A stretch of DNA of 64,000 nt from a bacterium. Its GTDB lineage: Bacteria; Ratteibacteria; UBA8468; B48-G9; DTJG01. Under the pieces are notes generated by a model, which did no database searches, was not told where the DNA came from, and was given only the letters and a program-made list of their open reading frames with translations. The DNA is taken from assembly GCA_021800535.1 (NCBI GenBank), contig JAJYYV010000001.1, forward strand, positions 84,641 to 148,640, written 5' to 3'. The first letter of the stretch is position 1; each line of letters starts with the position of its first letter. The translations under genes were made by a program, and so were the position numbers. Below are positions 1 to 10,825 of this stretch, in pieces.

Positions 1-839
1 TATATGCGGATATTATTTTTCCATATATTAGAGGAAAATATGTAATATTTTGCGATGGAGATGACTATTGGACTGACCCATTTAAAATTTTAAAACAAAT
101 AAATTTCTTAGAAAAAAACAAAGAATATTCAATGTGTTTCCATCCTGTTTATATTAAATTTGAAGAGGATAAATCTAAAACGAATGAAATATTCCCATCA
201 CCTCATTATAGAAAATACAATTTAAGTTTAACAGATTTATTAAATTATAATTTTCCGATGCGTTGTTCCATTGTTTACAGATGGCGGTTTAATAATAAAA
301 CAGAACTGGATATCCTTATTAAAGAATATAAAAATATAAATATTGGTGGAGATTATTTATTGAGTCTATTGCATGCGGAAAAAGGGAACATAGGATTTAT
401 AGATAATGTAATGGTGGTTTATCGTAAACATAAAAATGGATTATGGTATAACCTCAATAATACGAAGACAAATGAATTTTATCTTAAATGGGGTATAAAA
501 TTGATTAATTTGTATCAAATGATGGAGAAACGTTATAATATTGATAAATCAGATGAAATAAATTATATAGTATGTAAATATATATATACATTATTAGATC
601 TCCAAGATTTTACTCGATTAAAAGAGTTTCAAGATTTATATCCGGAATTATATAATTCATTTTTGAGAACAAATTTAGATGTCAATTTTTATCAATTATT
701 AAAACTGTTGTTAAAATATTTTAAATTTATAGACATCTTCTTACCAGAAGATATTAAAAGAAAAAAAACTGTTAGAAGTATAATTAGTCTTTTAAAATTA
801 TTCAAATCCATTAATACCAAAATAACCATTATCACATAA
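1..839 (+). CDS. Glycosyltransferase family 2, C-terminal fragment (N-terminus lies left of the window)
   Basis: The frame is open from base 3 and reads YADIIFPYIRGKYVIFCDGDDYWTDP, a GT2 DxD-type motif, continuous into the 132..839 ORF. Confidence 0.6.
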   Translation, partial: YADIIFPYIRGKYVIFCDGDDYWTDPFKILKQINFLEKNKEYSMCFHPVYIKFEEDKSKTNEIFPSPHYRKYNLSLTDLLNYNFPMRCSIVYRWRFNNKTELDILIKEYKNINIGGDYLLSLLHAEKGNIGFIDNVMVVYRKHKNGLWYNLNNTKTNEFYLKWGIKLINLYQMMEKRYNIDKSDEINYIVCKYIYTLLDLQDFTRLKEFQDLYPELYNSFLRTNLDVNFYQLLKLLLKYFKFIDIFLPEDIKRKKTVRSIISLLKLFKSINTKITIIT

Positions 840-857
840 TAAGAAAAACTTATTAAT

Positions 858-863
858 AGGAGG
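858..863 (+). promoter_or_regulatory. Shine-Dalgarno AGGAGG, 7 nt upstream of the ATG at 871
   Basis: aggagg sits directly before the start codon. Confidence 0.6.
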
Positions 864-870
864 ATTAAAT

Positions 871-1551
871 ATGGATTACTGGAAAGAACACTTTAATGAA
901 AATGTCAAAAAATCCAAAGAATCTTTTTTAAAACAGGTGGATATGACAGTAAATGGTAAAGAGGTTGATAATACTCAGGTAGATTTAAGAACAGATTCTA
1001 TTAGAAAGAACCTAAATCTCCAAACTTCTGATATTTTACTGGATATTTGTTGCGGAAATGGTTTGATAACAAAGAAGTTGGCACAATATGTTTCTTTTAT
1101 ATACGCAATAGATTTTTCTGAAGAGCTTATCAAAGTTGCAAATAATTTTAATATGGCGGCAAATATAATTTATATCCTTGGAGATGCAGTAAATATGAAT
1201 TATAGCAGATTTTCTAAGGTCAATAAAATTTGTCTGCAATCCTGTTGGCAATATCTTAGCAATAAAGAAGTTTCTAAATTCCTTAATAATCTTTCAGTTT
1301 TAAATAATATTATTGTTTATATTTCTAATATTCCGGACAAAGAAAAAATATGGAATTATTATGATACTGATGAAAAAAAATCATTCTACTTACAGAGAGA
1401 AAAAGAAGGAAAACCCCATATTGGAACATGGTGGAAGAAAAAAGAAGTGGAAAAAATAGTAAAAGATAATGGTTTTAAATGTAAATTTTTAACAATTAAT
1501 AAAAATATGAATACAAGTTATTACAGATTTGATGTTCTTTTATCAAAATAA
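871..1551 (+). CDS. Class I SAM-dependent methyltransferase
   Basis: LDICCGNGLIT is a glycine-rich motif I, followed by AIDFSEELI as motif II. Confidence 0.7.
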   Translation: MDYWKEHFNENVKKSKESFLKQVDMTVNGKEVDNTQVDLRTDSIRKNLNLQTSDILLDICCGNGLITKKLAQYVSFIYAIDFSEELIKVANNFNMAANIIYILGDAVNMNYSRFSKVNKICLQSCWQYLSNKEVSKFLNNLSVLNNIIVYISNIPDKEKIWNYYDTDEKKSFYLQREKEGKPHIGTWWKKKEVEKIVKDNGFKCKFLTINKNMNTSYYRFDVLLSK

Positions 1552-1580
1552 TATTCCTATCTATAAATGTATGGGAAATT

Positions 1581-2636
1581 ATGAAAAACTTAATAAAAAT
1601 TTTGGCAGGATATCTTAAAAAAAGGACAAGATATGTTTACACAAGATATGTTACAAAAAGACATTTATATAAAAAACTTGATATTAAAAATTTAGATAAA
1701 AATTTTACGTATATCAAATCTTTGCCTTTAGTAAGTATATGTATACCCACATATAAATATTCATTTTTTGAACCCGCGTTACAAAGTGCATTAAACCAGA
1801 CATATAATAATACAGAAATTATTATTTGCGATGATTCTTCTGATAAATATATTGAAAATATTATTGGAAAATATAAAGATAATAGAATTGTTTATGTAAA
1901 GAATCCCGTAAATATTGGAGCACGTGAAAATTATAAAAAATGTTTAAATTTATCATCCGGTAAATATATAAAGTTTTTAAATGATGATGATTTATTACAT
2001 ATTGATTGTGCCCAAACCATGGTGGAATATTTTGAATGTTATGGAGATAAAGTATCCCTTATTACCAGTAATAAAAATATAATAGATAAAAATGGTAATA
2101 TTATAGAAAATTTATATAATATATTATCTATCACAAAAAATGTATACATAAAAGGACGAAATTTAGGAAATTTTATTTTAAAAAACATTTCAAATGTGAT
2201 TGGAGAACCCACTACAGTAATGTTTAAAAAAAAAGACACCAGTAAAATTCCCCATGGTATTTTTAACTTAAAAGATGGTAAAAGTTATCATTATCTTGGA
2301 AATACTGATATTGTCATGTGGCTTAATTTATTGACTTTAGGTGATGCCATATATATAGCAAAACCGTTAAGTTCTTTTAGACATCATGATGAACAAATTA
2401 CAAATGATATGAATGCCCATATCCGTTGTCTTATTGATTGGTTCCGCATAATAAAAAATGCAAGAGAAATAGGATATTTAACTAAAAATAAAGATTTTAA
2501 ATTATCACTTTTTAATTACCGTAAGCTTTTAAAAAATAATTATAAAAAATTTTTATTGGAAAATAATGATAAAAAATATGAAATAAAAAAAACTATAGAT
2601 GAAGTTGAAACTTTGCTTAATATAGTAAACCAATAA
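1581..2636 (+). CDS. Glycosyltransferase family 2
   Basis: The N-terminal GT-A signature SICIPTYKYSFFEPALQSALNQTY is followed by ICDDSSD. Confidence 0.75.
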   Translation: MKNLIKILAGYLKKRTRYVYTRYVTKRHLYKKLDIKNLDKNFTYIKSLPLVSICIPTYKYSFFEPALQSALNQTYNNTEIIICDDSSDKYIENIIGKYKDNRIVYVKNPVNIGARENYKKCLNLSSGKYIKFLNDDDLLHIDCAQTMVEYFECYGDKVSLITSNKNIIDKNGNIIENLYNILSITKNVYIKGRNLGNFILKNISNVIGEPTTVMFKKKDTSKIPHGIFNLKDGKSYHYLGNTDIVMWLNLLTLGDAIYIAKPLSSFRHHDEQITNDMNAHIRCLIDWFRIIKNAREIGYLTKNKDFKLSLFNYRKLLKNNYKKFLLENNDKKYEIKKTIDEVETLLNIVNQ

Positions 2637-2637
2637 C

Positions 2638-3567
2638 ATGCTAAAATGTAGACAAACCTGGAAAAATTATATTTATACTCTAATTCTTATGTTTTATTAT
2701 TATATCCCTCTGCCATCCTATATTAAAAAATATCTGAAGCGTACAATAAAATCAAAATTTGCCTATAATTATGCAGATATAGTCAAAAATAAAAATTTAA
2801 ATTTACCTATATTTAATAATAAACGCTTTTTATCTGCAAAATATTTTTGTCCTGTTTGTAATTCTATTCAGCCCCATTTTTTACCTTTACCCGATTATTA
2901 TAGAAAACAAAGTGAAAAATATGGATTTGTTCATTTTGGTAAATCTGAAATGACGTCTCTTGATACATATTTATGCCCTTTATGTAAAGCATCTGATAGA
3001 GAACGTTTAATGGCTTTTTGGATTATTAATAATTTGGGGTCTCAAATCTTTTTAGATACACACATTATACATTTTGCTCCTGAAAAGTCCCTTTCTGCTA
3101 TGCTTAAACAGTTAAAATTACTTAATTATAAAACCGCAGATTTTGTTATGCAAGAGGTTGATTTCAAAGTTGATATAACCAAACTTCCATTTTCAGATGA
3201 TTCTTATGATTTTTTTATATGTTCACATATTCTGGAACATGTAATAAATGATGATAAAGCAATAGAAGAACTTTATAGAATTCTAAAACCTGGAGGAAAT
3301 GGAATAATATTAACCCCCATTTCAACAGTAATTAAATCTACAATTGAAGATACTGCAATAAATACCGAAGAAGATAGATGGAAATATTTTGGCCAGAATG
3401 ACCATGTCAGACTTTATTCTCATAATGACTTTGTTATGAAAATAAAACAACATGGATTTATTTTATATGAACTTGGAATAGAGCATTTTGGTAATGAAGT
3501 GTTTTTTCAGCTGGGACTTAAAAAAACCAGTATTTTATATATAGTGGAAAAGCGCAAAAAATTATGA
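2638..3567 (+). CDS. SAM-dependent methyltransferase (Methyltransf_11-like) with an N-terminal CxxC...CxxC zinc ribbon
   Basis: CPVCNS...CPLCKAS cysteine pairs at the N-terminus; FICSHILEHV...LKPGGNGIIL methyltransferase motifs. Confidence 0.65.
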   Translation: MLKCRQTWKNYIYTLILMFYYYIPLPSYIKKYLKRTIKSKFAYNYADIVKNKNLNLPIFNNKRFLSAKYFCPVCNSIQPHFLPLPDYYRKQSEKYGFVHFGKSEMTSLDTYLCPLCKASDRERLMAFWIINNLGSQIFLDTHIIHFAPEKSLSAMLKQLKLLNYKTADFVMQEVDFKVDITKLPFSDDSYDFFICSHILEHVINDDKAIEELYRILKPGGNGIILTPISTVIKSTIEDTAINTEEDRWKYFGQNDHVRLYSHNDFVMKIKQHGFILYELGIEHFGNEVFFQLGLKKTSILYIVEKRKKL

Positions 3568-3725
3568 ATCTTAGTCGGGAACAAGGCCCGGTAATGATAA
3601 CTAAACGGGGACAACCTGTAGATATTATCAGAGGAATAAAAAAAGAAGACCCTGCAGATAATAAGCACTCCTAAAAAATTTTTATTTTTTTACATTTTAA
3701 TGTATACTCTAATTTATATAAAAAA

Positions 3726-6431
3726 ATGGATGAAATAAAAATTTCTATTAATGGAAATGAAATAAAATGCAGACCTGATAGCACAGTCTTTAATGTATGT
3801 AAACAACAAGAAATTGAAATTCCTTCATTGTGCTATCATCCCGAGCTTTCTATCACCGGGGCATGCAGGCTATGTCTTGTAGATATAGAAGGCAAAGGAA
3901 TTACAACATCCTGCACTGAATTTGTCAGAGAAGGAATGAAAGTGGTAACCAGCACAAAGGATGTTATAAATGCAAGAAAAGTTATCTTAAATCTTTTGCT
4001 TTCAGACCATCCCTATGACTGTATGACATGTGAAAAAAGTGGTGATTGCCTTTTGGAAAAATATGCATACGAATATGGTATAAAAAAATCTATTTATAAA
4101 GACTATCATAAATACCAAAAATCCCAGATACAAATAAAAGAAAAAGATGGAACCCCTTTTGTTATAAGGGATTACGAAAAGTGTATATTGTGTGGAAGAT
4201 GCGGTAAAGTCTGTGAAGAGGTAGTAGGAGCCAAAGCACTTGCTGTTGGATATAGAGGGGTTAACTCTCAGGTTATATCCGGTCTTGATGGACCCTTAAA
4301 AAACACAGATTGTGTTTTTTGCGGAAACTGTATAGAAGTATGTCCTGTAGGTGCCTTAAGAGAAATCCAGGCTGAAAAAAAGGGTAGAACCTGGGAATTT
4401 AAAAAAGTTTATAGTGTATGTCCGTATTGCGGTGCAGGTTGTAGTACAGAAGTCTTTGTAAAAGACAATAAAATTGTAAAAATTTCCGGAATGGAAAATG
4501 GTCCTTCCAATAGAGGGTGGCTTTGTGTAAAAGGAAAATTTGCCTTTGATTATGTAAGCAGTCCAGACAGGCTGAAAAAACCTCTCTTAAAGAATAAAAA
4601 GAGTGAGTTTGAAGAAATTGAATGGGATACTGCGCTAAATATAATATTTGAAAATTTTTCTGAACTTAAGAAGAAATATGGTCCTGATTCTATTACAGGA
4701 TTGGGTTCTGCAAGGGCGCCCAATGAGGAAAACTATCTTTTTCAGAAATTTTTCCGGCAGATTATAAAAACAAATAATGTTGACCACTGTGCCAGACTCT
4801 GTCATTCTGCGACAGTTGCCGGGCTATATCATTCATTGGGAACCGCGGGCATGAGTATTTCCCTGGATGAATTAGAGAACATTTCTGATTGTATACTCGT
4901 AACCGGAACAAATCCTACAGAGGCGCAGCCTATTACCTCATATAGAATAGAAAAAGCAGTAAGGCGCGGTGCAAAGCTTATTGTCATTGATCCAAGAAGA
5001 ACTAAACTTGCAGATAAAGCAGACATATACATCCAGCCAAAACCAGGGACAGATGTAATACTTTATAATGCCATTGCAAAAATTATTCTTGATGAAAATC
5101 TCCATAATGAAAAATTTATCAAAGAAAGGGTTGAAGGATTTGAAGAGTATAAAAAATTCATGGAGACGTTTTCTCTTAAAGAGGCGGAAAGGGTAACAGG
5201 TGTTCCCACAGAGAATTTAAGAAAGGTAGCCCTTATTTATACCAGTGCTACATCTGCAGCTATCCTCTGGGCACTGGGAATTACAGAATATGTATGCGGG
5301 ACACATAATGTTTTAACCCTTGCAAACCTTGCTCTTATTACCGGCCAGATTGGAAAACCCGGGGCAGGACCTGCTCCTTTGAGAGGGCAGAACAATGTCC
5401 AGGGTGCCTGTGATATGGGTGCGCTGTACGATTTTTATCCTGGGTACCAAAGACCCGATGCTCCTGAAACTATTAAAAAATTTGAATCCTTGTGGGGAGA
5501 AACAGGATTATCAATGAAAACAGGACTCAGTGTACTTGAGTCCTTTGGAGCAGCTTACGAAGGAAAAATAAAGGGAATGTATATAATGGGCGGTGATTTT
5601 TTAGTTACATGCCCTGATACCAATTATTTGGCAAAAGCTCTTGAAAATTTGGAATTTTTTGTTGTTCAGGATATATTTTTAACAGAAACAGCACAGTATG
5701 CGGATTTGATTCTTCCTGCAGCATGTTCCTATGAAAAAGAGGGAACATTTACAAACACAGAAAGGCGTGTTCAGCCAGCTTTCAAATGTGTTGAGCCACC
5801 GGGAGAAGCAAAAGCTGATTGGGAAATTCTTACCCTGCTGGCTAATAAATTTGGATATAAATGGGACTATAAAAATGTATGGGATATAACCAAAGAAATA
5901 AATAAATGTATACCCTCCTATGCAGGAATAACACCACAACGACTCTTTAAAGGAGAAAGATTGCAATGGCCATGTCCTGATGAAAAACATCCCGGAACTC
6001 CGACACTGCATGTTGGTTCATTTAAAATAGGTAAGGGAAAACTTTCATGCTTACCATACCAGGAGCCTTATGAACTTCCTTCCCCCCAATATCCTTATGT
6101 CCTGACTACTGGACGGATTCTTTCAGAATATCACCTTAGAAGTATGACAGGAAGAACTGATGGGATAAAGGAAATAACAGGTGAGCCCTTTTGTTTCATA
6201 AATCCTAAGGATGCAGAAAAATTAAAAATAGAAGAAGGGGGGCATCTTGAAATTTCCACAAAGCGTGGCAAACTGGTTCTTTCTGCAAAAATAAGTCCTG
6301 ATATTCAGGAAAATATAGTATATCTTCCACTACATTTTGGAGCAAACATACTGACACACCGCAGGATAGACCCGATTGCCAAAATTCCCGAATACAAGTT
6401 TTGCGCCTGTAATATTAAAAAATCAGAATGA
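3726..6431 (+). CDS. fdhA: Formate dehydrogenase alpha subunit (molybdopterin/tungstopterin oxidoreductase), Cys-type, with a NuoG-like 2Fe-2S/4Fe-4S N-terminal extension
   Basis: N-terminal 2Fe-2S Cys pattern; HPYDCMTCEKSGDC; two CxxCxxCxxxCP ferredoxin motifs; CPYCGAGC for the MopB Fe-S cluster; active-site stretch NNVDHCARLCHSATVAGL resembles FdhF around Sec140 but has Cys in that position. Confidence 0.85.
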   Translation: MDEIKISINGNEIKCRPDSTVFNVCKQQEIEIPSLCYHPELSITGACRLCLVDIEGKGITTSCTEFVREGMKVVTSTKDVINARKVILNLLLSDHPYDCMTCEKSGDCLLEKYAYEYGIKKSIYKDYHKYQKSQIQIKEKDGTPFVIRDYEKCILCGRCGKVCEEVVGAKALAVGYRGVNSQVISGLDGPLKNTDCVFCGNCIEVCPVGALREIQAEKKGRTWEFKKVYSVCPYCGAGCSTEVFVKDNKIVKISGMENGPSNRGWLCVKGKFAFDYVSSPDRLKKPLLKNKKSEFEEIEWDTALNIIFENFSELKKKYGPDSITGLGSARAPNEENYLFQKFFRQIIKTNNVDHCARLCHSATVAGLYHSLGTAGMSISLDELENISDCILVTGTNPTEAQPITSYRIEKAVRRGAKLIVIDPRRTKLADKADIYIQPKPGTDVILYNAIAKIILDENLHNEKFIKERVEGFEEYKKFMETFSLKEAERVTGVPTENLRKVALIYTSATSAAILWALGITEYVCGTHNVLTLANLALITGQIGKPGAGPAPLRGQNNVQGACDMGALYDFYPGYQRPDAPETIKKFESLWGETGLSMKTGLSVLESFGAAYEGKIKGMYIMGGDFLVTCPDTNYLAKALENLEFFVVQDIFLTETAQYADLILPAACSYEKEGTFTNTERRVQPAFKCVEPPGEAKADWEILTLLANKFGYKWDYKNVWDITKEINKCIPSYAGITPQRLFKGERLQWPCPDEKHPGTPTLHVGSFKIGKGKLSCLPYQEPYELPSPQYPYVLTTGRILSEYHLRSMTGRTDGIKEITGEPFCFINPKDAEKLKIEEGGHLEISTKRGKLVLSAKISPDIQENIVYLPLHFGANILTHRRIDPIAKIPEYKFCACNIKKSE

Positions 6432-7042
6432 ACTGTATTTTACTGGCAAAAGGAGAAAAAAGTTTAAGGCTTGGCAAAATAAAACCTTTTATTTTGTTTC
6501 ATGAAAAACCATTAATAGAAATAATTCTGGAAAAAACAACAGAACTCTTTGAAAATATTTATATTGTAACAACAAAAAAAGAAAAATTTAAAATGTATGA
6601 AAATGAAAAAGTGTTTTTAATAGAAGACAATATAAAGTGTGGACCTCTTGGAGGAATTTTACTCGGGCTTAAACATTCCAATTCTTACTATAATTTTGTT
6701 TTACCTATAGACCTGTTATTTATCAATAATAATCTTCTTAAATATATGGAAGAAAAAAAGAAAGATTATGATATCCTTTATGTAAAAACGAAAGATTTTA
6801 TACAACCCCTGTGTGGCATTTATTCTAAAAAAGTTTTAAAATATATAGAACAAAATATTAAAAAAGGCCAGTATAAAGTAAAATCTATTTTACAATCTGA
6901 AAGATTTAATATAAAAATCATTACAGAAAAAGAAATAGAAAAATTTGGAAATCCCATGGATATGTTTTTTAATTTAAATACCAAAGAAGACCTAAATTGG
7001 TTAAAGGAGATAGAAAATGGTATCACTTCAGGAAGCAATTAA
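6428..7042 (+). CDS. mobA: Molybdenum cofactor guanylyltransferase MobA-like
   Basis: The N-terminal ILLAKGEKSLRLG matches the MobA LAGGxSxRMG motif; 204 aa; 4-nt overlap with fdh (ATGA). Confidence 0.7.
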   Translation: MNCILLAKGEKSLRLGKIKPFILFHEKPLIEIILEKTTELFENIYIVTTKKEKFKMYENEKVFLIEDNIKCGPLGGILLGLKHSNSYYNFVLPIDLLFINNNLLKYMEEKKKDYDILYVKTKDFIQPLCGIYSKKVLKYIEQNIKKGQYKVKSILQSERFNIKIITEKEIEKFGNPMDMFFNLNTKEDLNWLKEIENGITSGSN

Positions 7043-8249
7043 ATTGGTCAGTGAAAAATCAAAACCATTATCTATAGAAAAATCTGACATTATAGAATCC
7101 TTGCATAAAGTTTTGGCAGAAGATATAAAAGCCGGGTTTAACATCCCTTCTTTTGACAGGGCTGCAATGGACGGTTATGCTATTTATTCTCAAAATACCA
7201 TAAACGCCTCAAAGCAATCTCCTGTAATTTTAGAAGTCAAAGGAGAAATAAAGGCAGGGGATACAAAAATACCAAAATTACAAAAAGGCACTGCTATTTC
7301 TATAATGACAGGAGCGCCTCTTCCCATTGGATGTGATTGTGTAATAAATAAAGAATTAGTTAAACCTCAAGAAGAAAAAATAAAAATTTTTATGCCTGTA
7401 GAATCCGGAAGAAATATCGCCTATACAGCAGAAGATGTTAAAAAAGGACAAACAATTATTAAAAAAGGAACACTGATAGACTCTTGTGTTTTTTCAATGC
7501 TTGCCTATCTTGGAAAATCAAAAGTAAAAGTTTATAAAAAACCTGTTGTTGCTATTTTATCCACAGGAAATGAGATAAAAAAGCCCGGACAGCCGCTTTC
7601 CAAATATTCAGTGTATGACTCCAATACCTACACATTTTATTCTTTAACATTAAAAAATGGTGGAATCCCTAAAATTCTGGGTATTGCCAGTGATGAACAC
7701 GCATCTCTGGATAAATTTATTAAAAAAGGTCTGGGCCATGATATACTTCTTCTTTCCGGAGGTATAAGCGCAGGTAAATATGATTGGGTAGCTGATGTTC
7801 TTATGAAAAATGGAGTAAAAATGATTTTTTGGAAAATAGCCATGAAACCAGGCAAACCCATCTTTTTTGGAATAAAAGGAAAAACACTGGTTTTTGGGCT
7901 GGGTGGCTATCCACTTGCCGCCTATATAGGATTTTTAACTATTGTAAAACCTGCCTTACAAAAAATTTCAGGAATTCAACATGATACAGATATAACAATT
8001 CCTGCATATTTTAAAGGTAATATTGAAAATAAAACAGATAAAGACAATGTAATTTTGGTTAAATTAATTGAAGAAAAAGATAAAATCACAGCTATACCTT
8101 CTGTCCAGGAAGATAGCTGTCCCTCGCATTATTCTCAAAGATCAAGTCTTCTAAGTCTTACTTTAAAATCCAATGGTTTATTTTTTTTAAAAAAGGGGGA
8201 AACCAAAAAAGAAGGAGATATTATCCTGGTTCATCTTTTAGAAAAATAA
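7017..8249 (+). CDS. moeA: Molybdopterin molybdotransferase MoeA
   Basis: FDRAAMDGYAI signature; 410 aa; GGxS motif LLSGGISAG. Confidence 0.85.
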   Translation: MVSLQEAIKLVSEKSKPLSIEKSDIIESLHKVLAEDIKAGFNIPSFDRAAMDGYAIYSQNTINASKQSPVILEVKGEIKAGDTKIPKLQKGTAISIMTGAPLPIGCDCVINKELVKPQEEKIKIFMPVESGRNIAYTAEDVKKGQTIIKKGTLIDSCVFSMLAYLGKSKVKVYKKPVVAILSTGNEIKKPGQPLSKYSVYDSNTYTFYSLTLKNGGIPKILGIASDEHASLDKFIKKGLGHDILLLSGGISAGKYDWVADVLMKNGVKMIFWKIAMKPGKPIFFGIKGKTLVFGLGGYPLAAYIGFLTIVKPALQKISGIQHDTDITIPAYFKGNIENKTDKDNVILVKLIEEKDKITAIPSVQEDSCPSHYSQRSSLLSLTLKSNGLFFLKKGETKKEGDIILVHLLEK

Positions 8250-8271
8250 CAAATAAAACAAGGGGGAAAAA

Positions 8272-9966
8272 ATGTTAAGTGATTTAGAGATTGCCCAAAA
8301 AGCAAAAATAAAACATATAAAGGAAATAGCAGAAAAATCAGGAATTGATGAAAAATATTTGGAACTCTATGGAAATTATAAGGCAAAAGTCAGGACAGAT
8401 ATTCTGGAAACACTTAAGGATAAACCTGATGGCAAATATATAGACATAACTGCCATAACCCCTACACCACTTGGTGAAGGTAAAACTGTTACAACAATAG
8501 GTCTTTCACAGTCCATAGGCCAGATTGGAAAAAAAGTCTTTACATGCATCAGGCAACCTTCTTTAGGCCCTGTGTTTGGTATAAAAGGTGGAGCTGCAGG
8601 AGGTGGATATTCCCAGGTAATCCCTATGGAGGATTTTAATCTTCACTTAACCGGGGATGTTCATGCTGTAGGAATTGCCCATAATCTGCTCTCTGCGTTT
8701 GTAGATAATTGTGCATTAAAGAAAAGAGAGCTAAATATTAATCCCGGTTCTATCACATGGAGAAGAGTTCTTGATGTTTCTGACAGATTTTTAAGGAACA
8801 TAGTAATTGGTCTTGGAGGACCGGAAAATGGTTTTCCCAGAGAAACAGGATTTGATATTACTGTTGCTTCAGAAGTAATGGCAATACTTGCTCTGGCAAC
8901 AGACCTAAAAGATTTAAGGAAAAGACTTTCAAAGATGATTGTTGCGGAAACTTATGATGGTAAACCTATAACAGCAGAAGATATAAAAGGAACCGGAGCA
9001 ATGGCTGTTTTGTTAAAAGACACCATAAATCCAAATCTTATGCAAACCCTTGAATATACCCCTGTATTTGTTCATGCAGGACCTTTTGCCAATATTGCAC
9101 ATGGAAATAATTCAATCATTGCTGATAAAATAGCTCTTAAACTTGCTGACTATGTTGTCACAGAAAGCGGATTTGGTGCAGATTGCGGTATGGAAAAGTT
9201 TATGGATATAAAATGCAGAACAAGCGGTTTAAAACCTGACTGCGTTGTAATAGTGTGTTCTATAAGAGCTTTAAAGATGCATAGTGGAAAATTCAGAATT
9301 GTTCCTGGCAAACCTCTTGATAAAGGACTTACACAGGAAAATATTCAGGCAATAAAAGAAGGAGGAGTAAACCTTGAAAAACAGATAGAAAATGCCAAAT
9401 TATTTGGTATTCCTGTGGTGGTCGCTGTAAATAAGTTCACCACAGACACAGAAAAAGAAATAGAAACAGTAAAAGAAATAGCCCTAAATGCAGGAGCTGA
9501 TGATGTTGCAACAAGTCAGGTATGGGAAAATGGCGGTAAAGGCGGAATAGAACTTGCAGAAAAGGTTGTCCGGGCCTGCGATAAACCAAAGAATTTTAAA
9601 TTTCTCTATGAAACAGACTGGCCCATTAAGAAAAAAATAGAAACAATCGCAACAAAGGTATATGGTGCTGGAAAAGTCCAGTATTTGCCTTTGGCAGAAT
9701 TAAAAATTAAAAGATATACAAGATGGGGATATGATAAAATGCCTATATGTATGGCAAAAACACATCTTTCTCTTTCTCATGACCCTGAATTAAAAGGAAG
9801 ACCCCAGGGTTTTACACTTCCAATCAGGGATATCAGGATTTCAGCCGGTGCCGGATTTTTATATCCTCTATGCGGAGAAATGAAAACAATGCCTGGACTT
9901 CCTTCTGAACCGGCAGGCAATAATATGGATATAGATGATGAAGGCAAAGTAGTCGGTTTATTCTAA
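8272..9966 (+). CDS. fhs: Formate--tetrahydrofolate ligase
   Basis: PTPLGEGKTVTTIGL FTHFS signature; 564 aa. Confidence 0.9.
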   Translation: MLSDLEIAQKAKIKHIKEIAEKSGIDEKYLELYGNYKAKVRTDILETLKDKPDGKYIDITAITPTPLGEGKTVTTIGLSQSIGQIGKKVFTCIRQPSLGPVFGIKGGAAGGGYSQVIPMEDFNLHLTGDVHAVGIAHNLLSAFVDNCALKKRELNINPGSITWRRVLDVSDRFLRNIVIGLGGPENGFPRETGFDITVASEVMAILALATDLKDLRKRLSKMIVAETYDGKPITAEDIKGTGAMAVLLKDTINPNLMQTLEYTPVFVHAGPFANIAHGNNSIIADKIALKLADYVVTESGFGADCGMEKFMDIKCRTSGLKPDCVVIVCSIRALKMHSGKFRIVPGKPLDKGLTQENIQAIKEGGVNLEKQIENAKLFGIPVVVAVNKFTTDTEKEIETVKEIALNAGADDVATSQVWENGGKGGIELAEKVVRACDKPKNFKFLYETDWPIKKKIETIATKVYGAGKVQYLPLAELKIKRYTRWGYDKMPICMAKTHLSLSHDPELKGRPQGFTLPIRDIRISAGAGFLYPLCGEMKTMPGLPSEPAGNNMDIDDEGKVVGLF

Positions 9967-9983
9967 TACAATCCGTATTATAT

Positions 9984-10029
9984 TTTGACAAAATGTATAT
10001 CATTCTGTAAATCCATTTGACAAAATATT
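9984..10029 (+). promoter_or_regulatory. Two TTGACAAAAT direct repeats (promoter -35 or regulator site) upstream of modA
   Basis: The 10-mer ttgacaaaat occurs twice within the fhs-modA intergenic region. Confidence 0.3.
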
Positions 10030-10818
10030 ATGAGATTAAAATTTTTTATAATTACAGGTATACTTTTTAGTATCTTGTTTAATCCAGCATTAGTAAGAGC
10101 TGAAAATTTAAGAATTTTTGCTGCTGATGCTTTACCAAAACCCATTGAAGAAATTGGGCATTTATTTGAAAAAAGTCACCCTGGTATCACCATATATTAT
10201 AGCTTTTTAGGTTCAGGAATTCTAAAAGGGGACATCCAGCAAGGCGCTCCCTGTGATATTTTTTTATGCGCTAATAGAAAATTTCAAAGACAGCTAAAAA
10301 AAACAGGCTTTATAAACAATTATAAAATTTTTGCTTATGATTATCTTGCATTAGCAACCCCTTTTAATAATCCGGGCAATGTCAATTACGCAAATATGAT
10401 TCAGAAATTAATGGATAAAAATATCTCTCTTACCACTTCAACACCACATGCAGACCCTGCTGGAGACTATACATGGAAAATGTTTAAATTAATAAATAAA
10501 AAATACCCAGGAGCATTCAAAAAAATAGTTTCACATGCAAACCATTTGCTTGATGCAGCGCTTATAATTCCTGTTCTTGTAAATAACGACACAGATATAG
10601 GAATTTTATATACCTCTCAGATTCTTGAGGTGGAAAGACAGGGAACAAAACTGAATATGATTCCTATTCCGGCAAAATACAATACAAAAGCTAAGTTTAC
10701 AGCTTCAATTTTAAAAACCTCTAAGCATAAAAAGATTGCTAAACAATTTATAAATTTTTTATTTTCCCCTAAAGGAAAACAAATTTTAAAATTCTGGGGA
10801 TTTACTCCTGTAAAATAA
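10030..10818 (+). CDS. modA: Molybdate/tungstate ABC transporter periplasmic substrate-binding protein (ModA family)
   Basis: Signal peptide followed by LRIFAADAL, matching the ModA LxVFAAASL consensus; 262 aa; lies next to molybdoenzyme and Moco genes. Confidence 0.7.
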   Translation: MRLKFFIITGILFSILFNPALVRAENLRIFAADALPKPIEEIGHLFEKSHPGITIYYSFLGSGILKGDIQQGAPCDIFLCANRKFQRQLKKTGFINNYKIFAYDYLALATPFNNPGNVNYANMIQKLMDKNISLTTSTPHADPAGDYTWKMFKLINKKYPGAFKKIVSHANHLLDAALIIPVLVNNDTDIGILYTSQILEVERQGTKLNMIPIPAKYNTKAKFTASILKTSKHKKIAKQFINFLFSPKGKQILKFWGFTPVK

Positions 10819-10825
10819 TATCTAT

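Noticed and set aside
1036-1251. Antisense 71 aa ORF inside the methyltransferase gene. The same pattern applies to ORFs at 2039-2239, 4829-5032, 5679-6011, 6820-7038, 7637-7861, 11254-11490, 15407-15610, 16297-16671, 18876-19085, 19320-19542, 23014-23469, 24100-24447, 25075-25722, 33824-34295, 40455-41090, 41571-44996 (plus strand), 51559-51744, 52105-52365, 52851-53441, 55162-55560, 56704-57036 and 60964-62931.
   Set aside because: All lie wholly within, or in the shadow of, strongly supported genes on the other strand or frame. They have low-complexity AT-rich composition and no RBS or motifs, so they are spurious six-frame ORFs.
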